A stretch of DNA of 40,775 bases from an uncultured Gordonia sp. (GTDB taxonomy: Bacteria > Actinomycetota > Actinomycetes > Mycobacteriales > Mycobacteriaceae). Under the pieces are notes generated by a model, which saw only the letters and a program-made list of their open reading frames with translations, was not told the DNA's origin and did not search any database. The stretch covers positions 1 through 40,775 of the forward strand of contig CAZVVS010000001.1 of NCBI GenBank assembly GCA_964630585.1, read 5' to 3'. Position 1 is the stretch's first letter; each line of letters starts with the position of its first letter. The position numbers and the translations under genes were made by a program. This document shows positions 1 to 8,773 of this stretch, piece by piece.

Positions 1-865
1 GCCAGTCCATCTGATAGTGGTATGCACCGGTGTCCGGATCCTTGGGCGACCGATCGAGTTCGGTCCGAATCATCTCCCACTTGTCCGCATTCGCGATCCC
101 AACACCGGCCACGCCGATGAAAGTCGCGACGTCGAGGGCGTCCAGTGGCCCCTTCAGCACGAGGCCGAGATCATCGCCCTCGCCGACATCCTCAAAGAAT
201 CGGGGTTGCGCCCCGCGGCGGAGCTTGCCCGCGAGCTCGTCGTCGTAGTGGTCGTAGATCTCCTTGAGCTCGGCCTCGCTGTAGCGGTGCAGCGGTCGTC
301 CGCCCGCCATCGGCGGAACCTCGGCGCCGACCGGGAAGACCGTGCCGATCATTGTGCTGTGCAACGTCGCGACGGGCGTTCCGTTCTGGTTGAAGTAGCG
401 GCGCTCGCCCGTGTAGATGAGGGTCCGCTGCGCCCGCCCGGGCTTTGACCGGTTCTCCACACCGTTGAACACGTCCTCGGCTGTGATCGAGTCGCCGTGG
501 CGGATCGGAGCATGCATCTGCACCCTATTGCCCCCGAAGAAGAGGTCGAAACCCTCGATCGCCGGCGGTTCGGGGAACACGGTCACGGCGGTGGCCGTGT
601 AGATGTAGAGCGGCGGAGCCACGATTCCGCCCCACGGCGACGACGACGCGTAGTCGGGATCGCGCCACAGCGGGTTCGAATCGCCGACCGCGATGGCGAA
701 CATCCGGATCAAGTCATCGGTCACATGCTTGTAGTTCAGCGTGTACTCGCGATGCCCCGTTCGCTTCGTCGGCACGGGCTTCACCTGCCCAATAGATGAG
801 TTGACTTCCGCAAGGTAGACCGCGAGGGCCTCGTCGAGTGCTTGCTCCGCTTCGGCCGTGCTCAT
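1..865 (-). CDS. MaoC/FAS1-like double hot-dog dehydratase (3' end runs off the window); paralog of 27743..28966
   Basis: Missing from the ORF track because no stop is in the window. Manual translation from ATG at 865: MSTAEAEQALDEALAVYLAEV...GDSNPLWRDPDYASSSPWGGIVAPP...RRGAQPRFFEDVGEGDDLGLVLKGP...YHYQMDW, open to base 2. GDxNPL and WGGIVAPP are hot-dog dehydratase motifs. Confidence 0.85.
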   Translation of the reverse strand, partial: MSTAEAEQALDEALAVYLAEVNSSIGQVKPVPTKRTGHREYTLNYKHVTDDLIRMFAIAVGDSNPLWRDPDYASSSPWGGIVAPPLYIYTATAVTVFPEPPAIEGFDLFFGGNRVQMHAPIRHGDSITAEDVFNGVENRSKPGRAQRTLIYTGERRYFNQNGTPVATLHSTMIGTVFPVGAEVPPMAGGRPLHRYSEAELKEIYDHYDDELAGKLRRGAQPRFFEDVGEGDDLGLVLKGPLDALDVATFIGVAGVGIANADKWEMIRTELDRSPKDPDTGAYHYQMDW

Positions 866-936
866 GATTCTCTCTTCTTTCCTCCGGTTGCAACCCGCCC
901 AGAACCGAGGAGGGTTGGATCACACGCACACTTGAG

Positions 937-952
937 CGTGACGCCTATCACT
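937..952. promoter_or_regulatory. CRP/GlxR-like site CGTGA-CGCCTA-TCACT
   Basis: Perfect GTGA-N6-TCAC core, next to the operator at 955. Confidence 0.5.
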
Positions 953-954
953 CA

Positions 955-970
955 CTGAACGCTTGTGCAG
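955..970 (-). promoter_or_regulatory. Putative TetR operator, copy 1 (CTGCACAAGCGTTCAG on - strand)
   Basis: Matches the 9-copy motif. Lies just downstream of a - strand promoter TTGACG (997-1002), 17 nt, TAACCT (974-979). Confidence 0.75.
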
Positions 971-1059
971 GATAGGTTAGCCGCCGCGCGCGCCGACGTC
1001 AACATCCACCGGGCGTATGACCGATTCCGCGCCGCGGGAGCAGGCATGAGAAGTGATTC

Positions 1060-1109
1060 TTGACACATCGAGCGTGCGGAACGTACGTTTCGACTGCACA
1101 TACGTTCAA
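1060..1109 (+). promoter_or_regulatory. Sigma70-type promoter plus operator copy 2 (CTGCACATACGTTCAA, 1094-1109)
   Basis: TTGACA (1060-1065), 18 nt, TACGTT (1084-1089), then the motif. GGAGG RBS precedes ATG 1130. Confidence 0.7.
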
Positions 1110-1129
1110 GACGATGCAGGAGGCTCGCC

Positions 1130-2023
1130 ATGGGTCTGACAGAAGTGAAGTTTGACGATCTCCCCGGTGCGCGGGTTCTAGCCGACGGTTTGGCGTTTCC
1201 GGAAAGCCCACGCTTCGTCGACAGCGAGATCTACCTCTCCGACATGACTGCGGTCCGCGCGGTCGACCTGTCCGGGAACGCCCGACTCGTGGCCGAACTG
1301 CCGACCCCGTTGGTCCTCGGTATCGACGTCACCGACACGGGCACGGTGTATGCAGGGGCGGCGTTCGACCGCAAGATCTTCCGGATTGTCGACGGCAATC
1401 CGGAACTGCATGCGGATCTCTCCACGGCAACCGATAAACCGATCAACGAGTTCGTGGTCCTACCGAGCGGCGCGATTATCGTCGGGAGCATGGGCTTCAA
1501 CCCGTTGATCGATGGATTCGACGGCGCAAAGCCCGCCCGGATGCTCGTGTGGTCACCGGATGGGACAATCCAAGAGACCGGCCCAGCCATGTACTTCGCC
1601 AACGGAATCGTCCCACGCCACCACCGACGGACGTTATGGGTCATGGAGGCGGAGGTCAACCCGACTGTTCACCGCTTCGGCCTCGCCGAAAACGGCGAGA
1701 TCCTCAGCGACGACCCCACTGTCCTGCCGGAACCGCTCCGCCCCGACGGTATGTGTCTGACTTCGTCGGACTCCCTGTGGTATGCCGACATGAGTCGCGG
1801 CGGGGCAGTCCTTATCGACGCCGCCGGACAGGGCCAAGTCTTCCTGGACGTCCCCGAGCCGCACGCACCTTCCTGCGTCGCCTACCACGACGGCGACCGG
1901 GAGTGGCTGGCCATCTGCGTCACCGCGGCGGGGCCGGGAGTGGGCGATCCCAACGCACGTACCGGCCGCTTGATCGCCGCACCACTGTCGGAGATTCTCG
2001 CAGCTGCAGACATCGAGAACTGA
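1130..2023 (+). CDS. SMP-30/gluconolactonase/LRE family beta-propeller protein (lactonase-like)
   Basis: GLAFPESPR, NE, FANG and PDGM motifs, 297 aa, good RBS. Confidence 0.85.
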   Translation: MGLTEVKFDDLPGARVLADGLAFPESPRFVDSEIYLSDMTAVRAVDLSGNARLVAELPTPLVLGIDVTDTGTVYAGAAFDRKIFRIVDGNPELHADLSTATDKPINEFVVLPSGAIIVGSMGFNPLIDGFDGAKPARMLVWSPDGTIQETGPAMYFANGIVPRHHRRTLWVMEAEVNPTVHRFGLAENGEILSDDPTVLPEPLRPDGMCLTSSDSLWYADMSRGGAVLIDAAGQGQVFLDVPEPHAPSCVAYHDGDREWLAICVTAAGPGVGDPNARTGRLIAAPLSEILAAADIEN

Positions 2024-2024
2024 C

Positions 2025-2084
2025 AAGCCAAGGCCAGGGTCGGGAAGCCAAGGCCAGGGTCGGGAAGCCAGGGCCAGGGTCGGG
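2025..2084 (+). repeat. Tandem repeat, 3 x 20 bp AAGCCA(A/G)GGCCAGGGTCGGG
   Basis: Read directly. Head-to-tail with no spacers, one substitution in copy 3. Confidence 0.95.
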
Positions 2085-2109
2085 CCCAATTGAGCCCCAC
2101 CCTGGCCTT
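2072..2109. terminator. Hairpin, probable terminator between convergent genes
   Basis: GGCCAGGGT (2072-2080) pairs with ACCCTGGCC (2099-2107), with an inner GGGC/GCCC stem. Confidence 0.65.
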
Positions 2110-2120
2110 CCTGCAGACTT

Positions 2121-2864
2121 TTATCTCGCCAGCTCGCGTTTGAACAGTGCGGTGATCTTCGCCCACGATCGCTCAGCGCTCGGCGGGTCGTAGCTGACGC
2201 TGCCCGGCAGCGGGTATCCGTGGTTTGCCGTCGGCAGGATGTCCACCTCGGCGACGTCGATCTTCTCGAGCTCCGCAATCAGTGGTTGCTGCTGCTCCAG
2301 CGGAACAATGATGTCGACCTCACCGATTCCGGCGTAGAGCGGGCGCTGAATCCTCTCGACGAGAAGATGCGGCGAGTCCGGCCCTTCCACCGCGGTGTTG
2401 GCCGGGTGCATCATGGCACCCGCACCGAACACATCACCGTGATCGGCCAGTGCGTGGATCACGGTGCGCGCGGTATGGCACAACCCGATCACTCCCGCGG
2501 ATCCCGGCGCGGCAGCCGGATCCTGCTGAGCAGAGACGACGGCAGCAACGCAGTCGTCGGCCATGTCAGCCGGCTTAATCGTCTCGATGATGTGCCAAAA
2601 CAGTTTGGACTGCTCGGTGTCCGGTGTCATCACCTGGGCCATTTCAAACTGGATCACGTCCCCATACCGGTGGTACAGGTCGGGCACGACCACATAGAAC
2701 CCCTGATCAGCCAGCTCTCGTGCCGCCTGATAGATCTCGGCGCGAAGGCCGGGACCGTCGTGGCAGAAGACAACGACGGGGAAGGGACCCTCGCCGTCGG
2801 GCCGCCGAACAAACGCCGCCATCGGACCATCGTCGGTCTGTACTTCGATCTGAGTTTCGATCAT
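2121..2864 (-). CDS. Dienelactone hydrolase family protein
   Basis: GPFPVVV..HD, PDLYHR, nucleophile GLC, C-terminal ANHGY; AAGGAAGG RBS. Confidence 0.85.
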   Translation of the reverse strand: MIETQIEVQTDDGPMAAFVRRPDGEGPFPVVVFCHDGPGLRAEIYQAARELADQGFYVVVPDLYHRYGDVIQFEMAQVMTPDTEQSKLFWHIIETIKPADMADDCVAAVVSAQQDPAAAPGSAGVIGLCHTARTVIHALADHGDVFGAGAMMHPANTAVEGPDSPHLLVERIQRPLYAGIGEVDIIVPLEQQQPLIAELEKIDVAEVDILPTANHGYPLPGSVSYDPPSAERSWAKITALFKRELAR

Positions 2865-2883
2865 TCTGGCCTTCCTTTCATCG

Positions 2884-3073
2884 TCACTGTGCCGGCGGAG
2901 TGGGAATGGGCATCACGTTGTACGGCCCCCACATCGTGCCGTCTGCGATGCCCAGCATGTCCTTGGCGACGTCGACCCAGAGGGCACGGCTCGTCATGAT
3001 GTGGGCGCCAGCCGCAAGCGTGTCGCGCAACTGCCGCTGCAGCCTCAGCGGACGCCTCAGTTGTCACAGTCAT
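2884..3073 (-). pseudogene. Internally deleted acyl-CoA-dehydrogenase-fold (HsaA-like) monooxygenase remnant
   Basis: ATG 3073 gives MTVTTEASAE. In a shifted frame, 3042-2884 reads LQRQLRDTLAAGAHIMTSRALWVDVAKDMLGIADGTMWGPYNVMPIPTPPAQ*, which aligns with the C-terminus of 8867..10108 (LQRWVRDALAGCQHALVKDTLYPDIARELLLGADEDLVWTPIGLQPPR*). Confidence 0.7.
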
Positions 3074-3128
3074 TTCATCACTTTCGATTGAACCAGCGCG
3101 GCACAGACACTCCTGAGAGCGGAGTCAT

Positions 3129-4265
3129 TCAGTCACGGCTGGCAGCCCTCTCGTGCTTCCGTGCGCGGTCGGCCTGCATCGCAGCCACAGCTTCGACAGC
3201 GCCGGGGGCGACGCCTTCGGGAGTCGCGACCTCGGCCGAGCGGAGCAACGGCGCCACCCGGGTGCCGAAGAGCTCATGACTGCGTTCCAGGTCGGCCCAA
3301 CGGAAGGAGGCGAAATCGAACCACGAGAACAGGTTCCCGAAACCGGCCGTCTGGCACTGGTCGATCAGCTTGTCCGCCACGGTCTTCGGAGAACCGATCA
3401 CGTAGTCGTCCGGGTTCGTCACCATGCCGACGATGCGTTCGTCGGCCAACTCCATCTTGCTTCCCTCCAACCGCAGCAGCACGGGTACGAGGTCCTGTGC
3501 AGCCTCATACTTCTCCTTCGCTTCGGCGTCGGTCTCTGCGACGAATACACGGCGCCGCAGGCCCAGCATCGACGGATCCGCGGAGTGCCCACACGCATCG
3601 GCGGCTTCCCGGTACTTCGCCGTAAGGAGGCTGGCGATAGTGGTCGGCACCCACCCGGTCAGAAGCTTCCAGCCGCGTTCAGCGGTCGTCGCCGCGGAAT
3701 CCGGTGAGAGCACCGTGGCCCACACCGCTTCCTGACCCTCGGACGGCACCCAACGGGGAACCAGTTCGAGTCCCTCAACGTCGTAGTAGTCGTCATGCAG
3801 TGTGACGCGCTCACCCGTCAGCGCCTTCTCGAGCAGCGCCACCCCGCTTTCGTAGCGCGGCCGCGCATCTTCGGCGCGAAAGCCGGCCAGGATTGCCTCG
3901 GTCGGCCCCGAGCCGGGCGCGACACCCGGCTCGAAGCGGCCCTTCGACATGTAGCGGAGCATGGCGACCTCGGCGGCGTAACGCCAACCGTGGTGCAGTG
4001 ACAGGACGCTTCCCGCCGTAGTGAAGCGCAGCTTCGACGTTTGGCCGATCAACGCTGCGATCACCAGGTGCGGCGACGGAATCATCGAGTCGGGCATGAA
4101 GTGGTGCTCGGCAAACGACAGTCCGTCGAAGCCCCATTCCTCGGTCTTGGACAGGATGTTGAACCAGTTCTCGAAGGCATCCTCCTGGGCGGCCACCGTC
4201 AACTCGTCTGCGTTCGCGACGTAGTCCTCGGGGGTCATGATGTAAAAGCCCCAACTCTCGATCAT
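3129..4265 (-). CDS. LLM-class (luciferase-like) flavin-dependent monooxygenase
   Basis: GFDGLSFAEHHF, PSPHLVIAAL, SKGRFEPG, IGSPKTVADKL, ELFGTRVAP; AAAGGA RBS. Confidence 0.9.
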   Translation of the reverse strand: MIESWGFYIMTPEDYVANADELTVAAQEDAFENWFNILSKTEEWGFDGLSFAEHHFMPDSMIPSPHLVIAALIGQTSKLRFTTAGSVLSLHHGWRYAAEVAMLRYMSKGRFEPGVAPGSGPTEAILAGFRAEDARPRYESGVALLEKALTGERVTLHDDYYDVEGLELVPRWVPSEGQEAVWATVLSPDSAATTAERGWKLLTGWVPTTIASLLTAKYREAADACGHSADPSMLGLRRRVFVAETDAEAKEKYEAAQDLVPVLLRLEGSKMELADERIVGMVTNPDDYVIGSPKTVADKLIDQCQTAGFGNLFSWFDFASFRWADLERSHELFGTRVAPLLRSAEVATPEGVAPGAVEAVAAMQADRARKHERAASRD

Positions 4266-4345
4266 GGCGTGGTCCTTTCGTTGTCGGAGTGCCGGAGGTC
4301 GACTTCTCCACTTTCGGTTCGGAGGCGGACGAACTGACGCCCTTC

Positions 4346-4438
4346 CGTGACCTGGGTTACAGTGCTGAACGATTGTGCAGTGATCCTAATCACTCGGGGG
4401 TGCGGATTGTCAAGCACCCCACTGTGTTGGCCGTCACA
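4346..4438. promoter_or_regulatory. Leftward promoter with operator copy 3 (4365-4380) and three CRP/GlxR-like boxes (4346-4361, 4379-4394, 4423-4438)
   Basis: Operator on - strand CTGCACAATCGTTCAG; - strand TTGACA (4408-4413) and TAGGAT (4383-4388, 19-nt spacer). Boxes: CGTGACCTGGGTTACA, AGTGATCCTAATCACT, TGTGTTGGCCGTCACA. Confidence 0.65.
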
Positions 4439-4446
4439 ATTCGAGC

Positions 4447-4493
4447 TTGACACGGGTGATCGGGCCTGGTTATGGTCTTGAACACATGTACAG
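4447..4493 (+). promoter_or_regulatory. Rightward promoter with operator copy 4 (TTGAACACATGTACAG, 4478-4493)
   Basis: TTGACA (4447-4452), 18 nt, TATGGT (4471-4476); the motif covers the expected start site. Confidence 0.7.
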
Positions 4494-4637
4494 GGCAGCT
4501 GTGGTCCCAACCTCAGCCTGCAACGATTTCCTCGGTAGCGATCGGCTGCCGACGGATCGGGAGTCGCGTCGGCGTGCCGACACAACCCCCGTCACATTCA
4601 TATCCCCCTCAACACACGTCACACGGAGGAAAATGTC

Positions 4638-6971
4638 ATGGAGGCACAGGGGCAGGGCGCGCTCAGCGGCGTGCGAGTAGTGGATTTCGGCCAGTTCATC
4701 GCCGGCCCGATGGTGGCGCAACTACTGGCGGACTACGGGGCCGACGTGGTCCGGGTGGATCCGCCGGGCGGTCCGATGTGGGATCACGAGAGCAATGCGA
4801 TCATGCAGCGAGGCAAGCGCAGCATCGTGCTCGACCTCAAGGACCCCGCAGACCTCGAAGTGGCGCGCCGTCTCATCGACTCGGCCGACATCGTGGTCGA
4901 GAACTTCCGCCCCGGGGTGATGGACCGGCTCGGCATTGGACCCCAAGCATCCTTGGAGCGAAATCCGCGGCTCATCTACGCGTCGATCCCCGGTTTCGCC
5001 TCCGACGACGACCGCGCCGGGCTGTACGCGACCGAAGGCGTCGTCGCCGCCGCTGCCGGGCTGTACCCGCCGCACGACATGGACTGGTCCAACCCGCCGG
5101 TCGTCAACACCCTCCCCCTCGCGTCGGGCGGCGCGGTGCTCGTCGCCGCGAACACCATCGCGGCGGCACTCATTGCGCGGGAACGCGGCGGCCTCGGGCA
5201 GCACGTCGAGGTGTCACTCTTCGACTCCGCCTACGAACTCACCCGCGTCTACATGGACTCGCCTCCGGGATCCGGAGTGCACGCACCGCCGAACGGCTTC
5301 GGCGGCAGTAAGCAGTACCCGATCGCCCGTGGCTATGAATGCGCGGACGGCCGGTGGATCCGGTTGACCTGGCTCGAGGGACGACAGATCGAGGACTTCG
5401 CCAGTCTGATCGGCAAACATGACGAGTGGGAGGCGATGGGCTTCTACAACGTCGGCCCCCGACGGGTCATGGCCGAACCAGACCTGGTCGAAAGGATGAC
5501 ACGCGAGATCAGTGCGGCATTCCTCACCCAGCCTGCGGACTATTGGGAGCGCGAAGTCGGGCCTATCGCGGATCTGAGCGTCATCCGGACTGCCCGCGAC
5601 TGGCTGCTCTACGACGAACAAGCGATCGCACTTGATTCCACCGTCGAGGTGATCGACCCCGAACTGGGGGTGACCCGTCAGGGCGGGAGCCCGGTCACGA
5701 TGACCAAGACACCACCGGTACACCGCCCGCGCCGCGCGCTCGATGCCGACCGGGCCGAGATCCTCGCCGAGCTGGACGACCTGGAACAGGCACCGACGCC
5801 GACAACCGGCGAGGGAGTCGAGTTGACCTCGGCCCTCGAAGGCATCCGCGCCGTGGACACCTCAGTTCTCCTAGCCGGCCCCACCGCGTGCCGCCTGCTC
5901 GCCGAGTACGGCGCCGAGGTGGTGCACGTCGGCAACCCGGATTGGCGCGGCATGGACAACTTCCACTACCAGGTGCACGGCGGCAAGCGCACGATCCTCC
6001 TGGATCTCAAGAGCCCCGAAGGTCTCGATGCCTTCCAAAGCCTTACCGCTGGTGCCGACGTGCTGTCGACCAACTTCGCCCAAACCGTCGGCCGCCGTCT
6101 GGGCGTCGATGAAGATGCGGTCCGCGAGTACAACCCCGGCATCGTGTACTCGCGGGTCTCCGCACACGGCGCATTCGGCCCCCGCGCGGACTACCGCGGT
6201 CACGAGGAGATCGGTCAGGCCGCAACCGGGGTCATGCATCGATTCGGCAAGGGCGCCCCCGGCGGGAACATGCAGTTCATGCTGATCAACGACGACGGCA
6301 CCGGCCACGTCGCCGCCTTCGGCATCATGATCGCCCTCTTCCACAAGATGCGCACCGGCATCGGGCAGTTCGTCGGATCGTCGCTGGCCCAGACATCAAT
6401 CACCTGGCAGACCCCGTACATGATCGATCACCGTACGCGCGACTGGGACGACCCGGGCGGGCTGGACTTCCGCGGCTACGGTCCGCTCGAGCACGTCTAC
6501 GAGGGCAGCGATGGCCGTTGGTTCTATCTTTCGGCCAAGTCGGTCGAAGCACTGGCCGGCATCGACGGCTTGGACGGTATCGCCACTGTCGAGCCGGAAA
6601 AACTGGCGGCCGAGCTCGCGGCACGGTTCTCACAGCAGCCCGGCGCTCACTGGGAGACGGCGATCAACGGTGCCGCCGACCCCGGGGTCAGCGCGAAGGT
6701 TGTGGCCATGTTCAGCGAACTGCTGACCGACGGGTGGGCGCTGTCCCACGGCCTGATCGAGGAGATCTCCGTGCCCGAAGTCGGTGACGGAACCCTGATC
6801 GGCCCGGCGCCCCGGATGTCGCGAACGCCGATGAAGTCGGGCACTCCGGTCGGCCCGGCGGGCTGTGACACCCGCGCCGTTCTCGCCGAGGTCGGGCTGG
6901 CCGACCGCATCGATGAACTCTTCGAAAAGGGCGTCGCCAGCGAGAAGCGGATTTCGAGCGGCCTCCACTGA
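4638..6971 (+). CDS. Family III (CaiB/BaiF) CoA-transferase, two tandem domains
   Basis: Two copies of LxGxRxVD..AGP..LLAxYGAxVV and GKRxIxLDLK; ENFRPG in domain 1; 777 aa; GGAGG RBS. Confidence 0.92.
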   Translation: MEAQGQGALSGVRVVDFGQFIAGPMVAQLLADYGADVVRVDPPGGPMWDHESNAIMQRGKRSIVLDLKDPADLEVARRLIDSADIVVENFRPGVMDRLGIGPQASLERNPRLIYASIPGFASDDDRAGLYATEGVVAAAAGLYPPHDMDWSNPPVVNTLPLASGGAVLVAANTIAAALIARERGGLGQHVEVSLFDSAYELTRVYMDSPPGSGVHAPPNGFGGSKQYPIARGYECADGRWIRLTWLEGRQIEDFASLIGKHDEWEAMGFYNVGPRRVMAEPDLVERMTREISAAFLTQPADYWEREVGPIADLSVIRTARDWLLYDEQAIALDSTVEVIDPELGVTRQGGSPVTMTKTPPVHRPRRALDADRAEILAELDDLEQAPTPTTGEGVELTSALEGIRAVDTSVLLAGPTACRLLAEYGAEVVHVGNPDWRGMDNFHYQVHGGKRTILLDLKSPEGLDAFQSLTAGADVLSTNFAQTVGRRLGVDEDAVREYNPGIVYSRVSAHGAFGPRADYRGHEEIGQAATGVMHRFGKGAPGGNMQFMLINDDGTGHVAAFGIMIALFHKMRTGIGQFVGSSLAQTSITWQTPYMIDHRTRDWDDPGGLDFRGYGPLEHVYEGSDGRWFYLSAKSVEALAGIDGLDGIATVEPEKLAAELAARFSQQPGAHWETAINGAADPGVSAKVVAMFSELLTDGWALSHGLIEEISVPEVGDGTLIGPAPRMSRTPMKSGTPVGPAGCDTRAVLAEVGLADRIDELFEKGVASEKRISSGLH

Positions 6972-6974
6972 GAA

Positions 6975-7025
6975 CCCAGACCCCAACCGCAGCGAGGGCG
7001 TTCCGTCCTCGCTGCGGGGGTCGGG
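6975..7025 (+). terminator. Strong GC-rich intergenic hairpin (terminator, attenuator or mRNA stabiliser)
   Basis: CCGCAGCGAGGGCG-TTC-CGTCCTCGCTGCGG (6987-7017), extendable by GACCCC/GGGGTC; no U-tract. Confidence 0.55.
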
Positions 7026-7044
7026 CTGACAGATAAGGAAAAAG

Positions 7045-7782
7045 TTGTCCAATCTCACCTACGACTTCAGTGGTCATACGGTCCTGGTCACCGGTGGCGC
7101 TCGCGGCATCGGCCTGGAGCTGGGACGGTTCTTCGTCCGCGCCGGCGCCGATGTGTACCTGCTCGACTTCGACAAAGAGGCCGCCGAGGCAGCCGCTGCG
7201 GCGGTGGGCGCCAAAGCCGGACACGCCGATGTCAGCGATACCGACGACGTCGATCGGGTCGTCGCACAGGTCATCGCCGACACCGGCCGGATAGACATCA
7301 TCGTCAACAACGCCGGCATCCTGCGCGACAAGGTGCTGTGGAAGCTCACCGACGACGACTGGGAGCAGGTCCTCGCCATCCATGCCGGCGGCACTTTCCG
7401 CCTTACGAGGGCGTGCGTGCCGCACTTCCGCAACCAGGGGTTCGGCCGCGTCATCAACGTGACCTCATACACCGGATTGCGCGGCAACACCGGACAGGCG
7501 AACTACGCCACCGCCAAAGCGGGCATCATCGGGTTCACCAAGACCGCCGCCAAGGAACTGGCGCGCTTCGGCGTCACGGTCAACGCGATCTCGCCGAACG
7601 CGGAGACCCGGATGGTCGCCTCCATTCCCGACGACAAGAAGGCCGAACTCGCCGCGGCAATACCGATGGGCCGATTCGCCGACCCCGCCGAGATGAGTGC
7701 CGCGGTCGGATTCCTCGCCTCGCGGGAGGCCGGCTACATCACCGGTGTGGTCCTCCCGGTGGATGGGGGCATCTCCATCTGA
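7045..7782 (+). CDS. fabG: FabG-like short-chain dehydrogenase (3-oxoacyl-CoA/ACP reductase)
   Basis: TGGARGIG, NNAGI, GNTGQANYATAKAG (YxxxK), VDGG; AAGGA RBS before TTG. Confidence 0.85.
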   Translation: MSNLTYDFSGHTVLVTGGARGIGLELGRFFVRAGADVYLLDFDKEAAEAAAAAVGAKAGHADVSDTDDVDRVVAQVIADTGRIDIIVNNAGILRDKVLWKLTDDDWEQVLAIHAGGTFRLTRACVPHFRNQGFGRVINVTSYTGLRGNTGQANYATAKAGIIGFTKTAAKELARFGVTVNAISPNAETRMVASIPDDKKAELAAAIPMGRFADPAEMSAAVGFLASREAGYITGVVLPVDGGISI

Positions 7783-7831
7783 TCGCCGCCGACCCGACCC
7801 CCGAGCACCCGACCACCACAGGATGGACACA

Positions 7832-8773
7832 ATGACAACTCGATGGGAACTACTGCGATCTCGAATGCGGCTGCCGCTGATCGTTTCCCCCATGCTCCGG
7901 GTGTCCAACCCCGATCTGGTCGTCGCGGCGTGCCAGGCCGGTGTCGTCGGCGCCTTCCCCACCGCCAATGCGCGTACACCGGAGCGGCTGTCCGAATGGC
8001 TGGCCGAGATCCAGAGCAGATTGGAAGGTACCGAATCAGCCCCGGTGTGCGCCAACCTGATCATCGCGCAGCCCAGCCGCGACGACCATGTCGCGGCCTT
8101 GCTCGACCACGGCATCGAGATGGTGATCACCAGTGTGGGCTCACCCACCCCGGTCGTGGGGCCGCTCCACGAGGCGGGCGTCATGATCTTCGCCGACGTC
8201 GCGTCGATCAAGCACGCCCACCGGGCCGTTGAAGCCGGAGCCGACGGACTCGTCCTCCTCGGTGCCGGTGCGGGCGGTCACACCGGATGGATGAATCCGT
8301 TCGCGTTCGTCCGAGCGGTTCGCGAGTTCTTCGACGGCCCCATCGTGATGTCCGGCGGGATCTCCGACGGCACGTCACTCCTCGCCGTGCAGACGCTCGG
8401 ATGCGACCTCGGCTATATGGGCACCCGCTTCATCGCGACCCGCGAGAGCGGGGCGAGTGACGAATACAAGGGGATGCTCGTTTCCAGCACCGCCGACGAC
8501 GTGCTCCTGACCAACGCGTTCACCGGGCTACCGGCGAGCATCCTCATACCGGCGATCGTTGCATCCGGCATCGACATCGCCGACCTGGACGAATCCATCA
8601 CGCCGGAAGAGTCCAAAGAGATCTACGGGCCGGGCGCCGCGGGAGTCGGGCCCAAGCGCTGGACTGAACTGTTCTCCGCCGGCCATTCGGTCAGCGGCGT
8701 TCACGATGTCCCTACGGTGGCAGATCTCGTCGACCGGATCGCAAAGCAGTATGAAGGAGCCCAGCGTGGCTAG
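7832..8773 (+). CDS. Nitronate monooxygenase / FabK-like FMN-dependent oxidoreductase
   Basis: LPLIVSPM, GAGAGGHTG, SGGISDG, YMGTRFIATRES, SAGHSV. Start moved to ATG 7832 after AGGA. Confidence 0.85.
   Translation: MTTRWELLRSRMRLPLIVSPMLRVSNPDLVVAACQAGVVGAFPTANARTPERLSEWLAEIQSRLEGTESAPVCANLIIAQPSRDDHVAALLDHGIEMVITSVGSPTPVVGPLHEAGVMIFADVASIKHAHRAVEAGADGLVLLGAGAGGHTGWMNPFAFVRAVREFFDGPIVMSGGISDGTSLLAVQTLGCDLGYMGTRFIATRESGASDEYKGMLVSSTADDVLLTNAFTGLPASILIPAIVASGIDIADLDESITPEESKEIYGPGAAGVGPKRWTELFSAGHSVSGVHDVPTVADLVDRIAKQYEGAQRG

Noticed and set aside
2025-2084. Possible CRISPR array
   Set aside because: Repeats are head-to-tail with no spacers, only 20 bp long, and there are no cas genes.
2861-3073. 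70-aa ORF as a real small protein
   Set aside because: Arg/His-rich off-frame composition; better explained as a deletion chimera.
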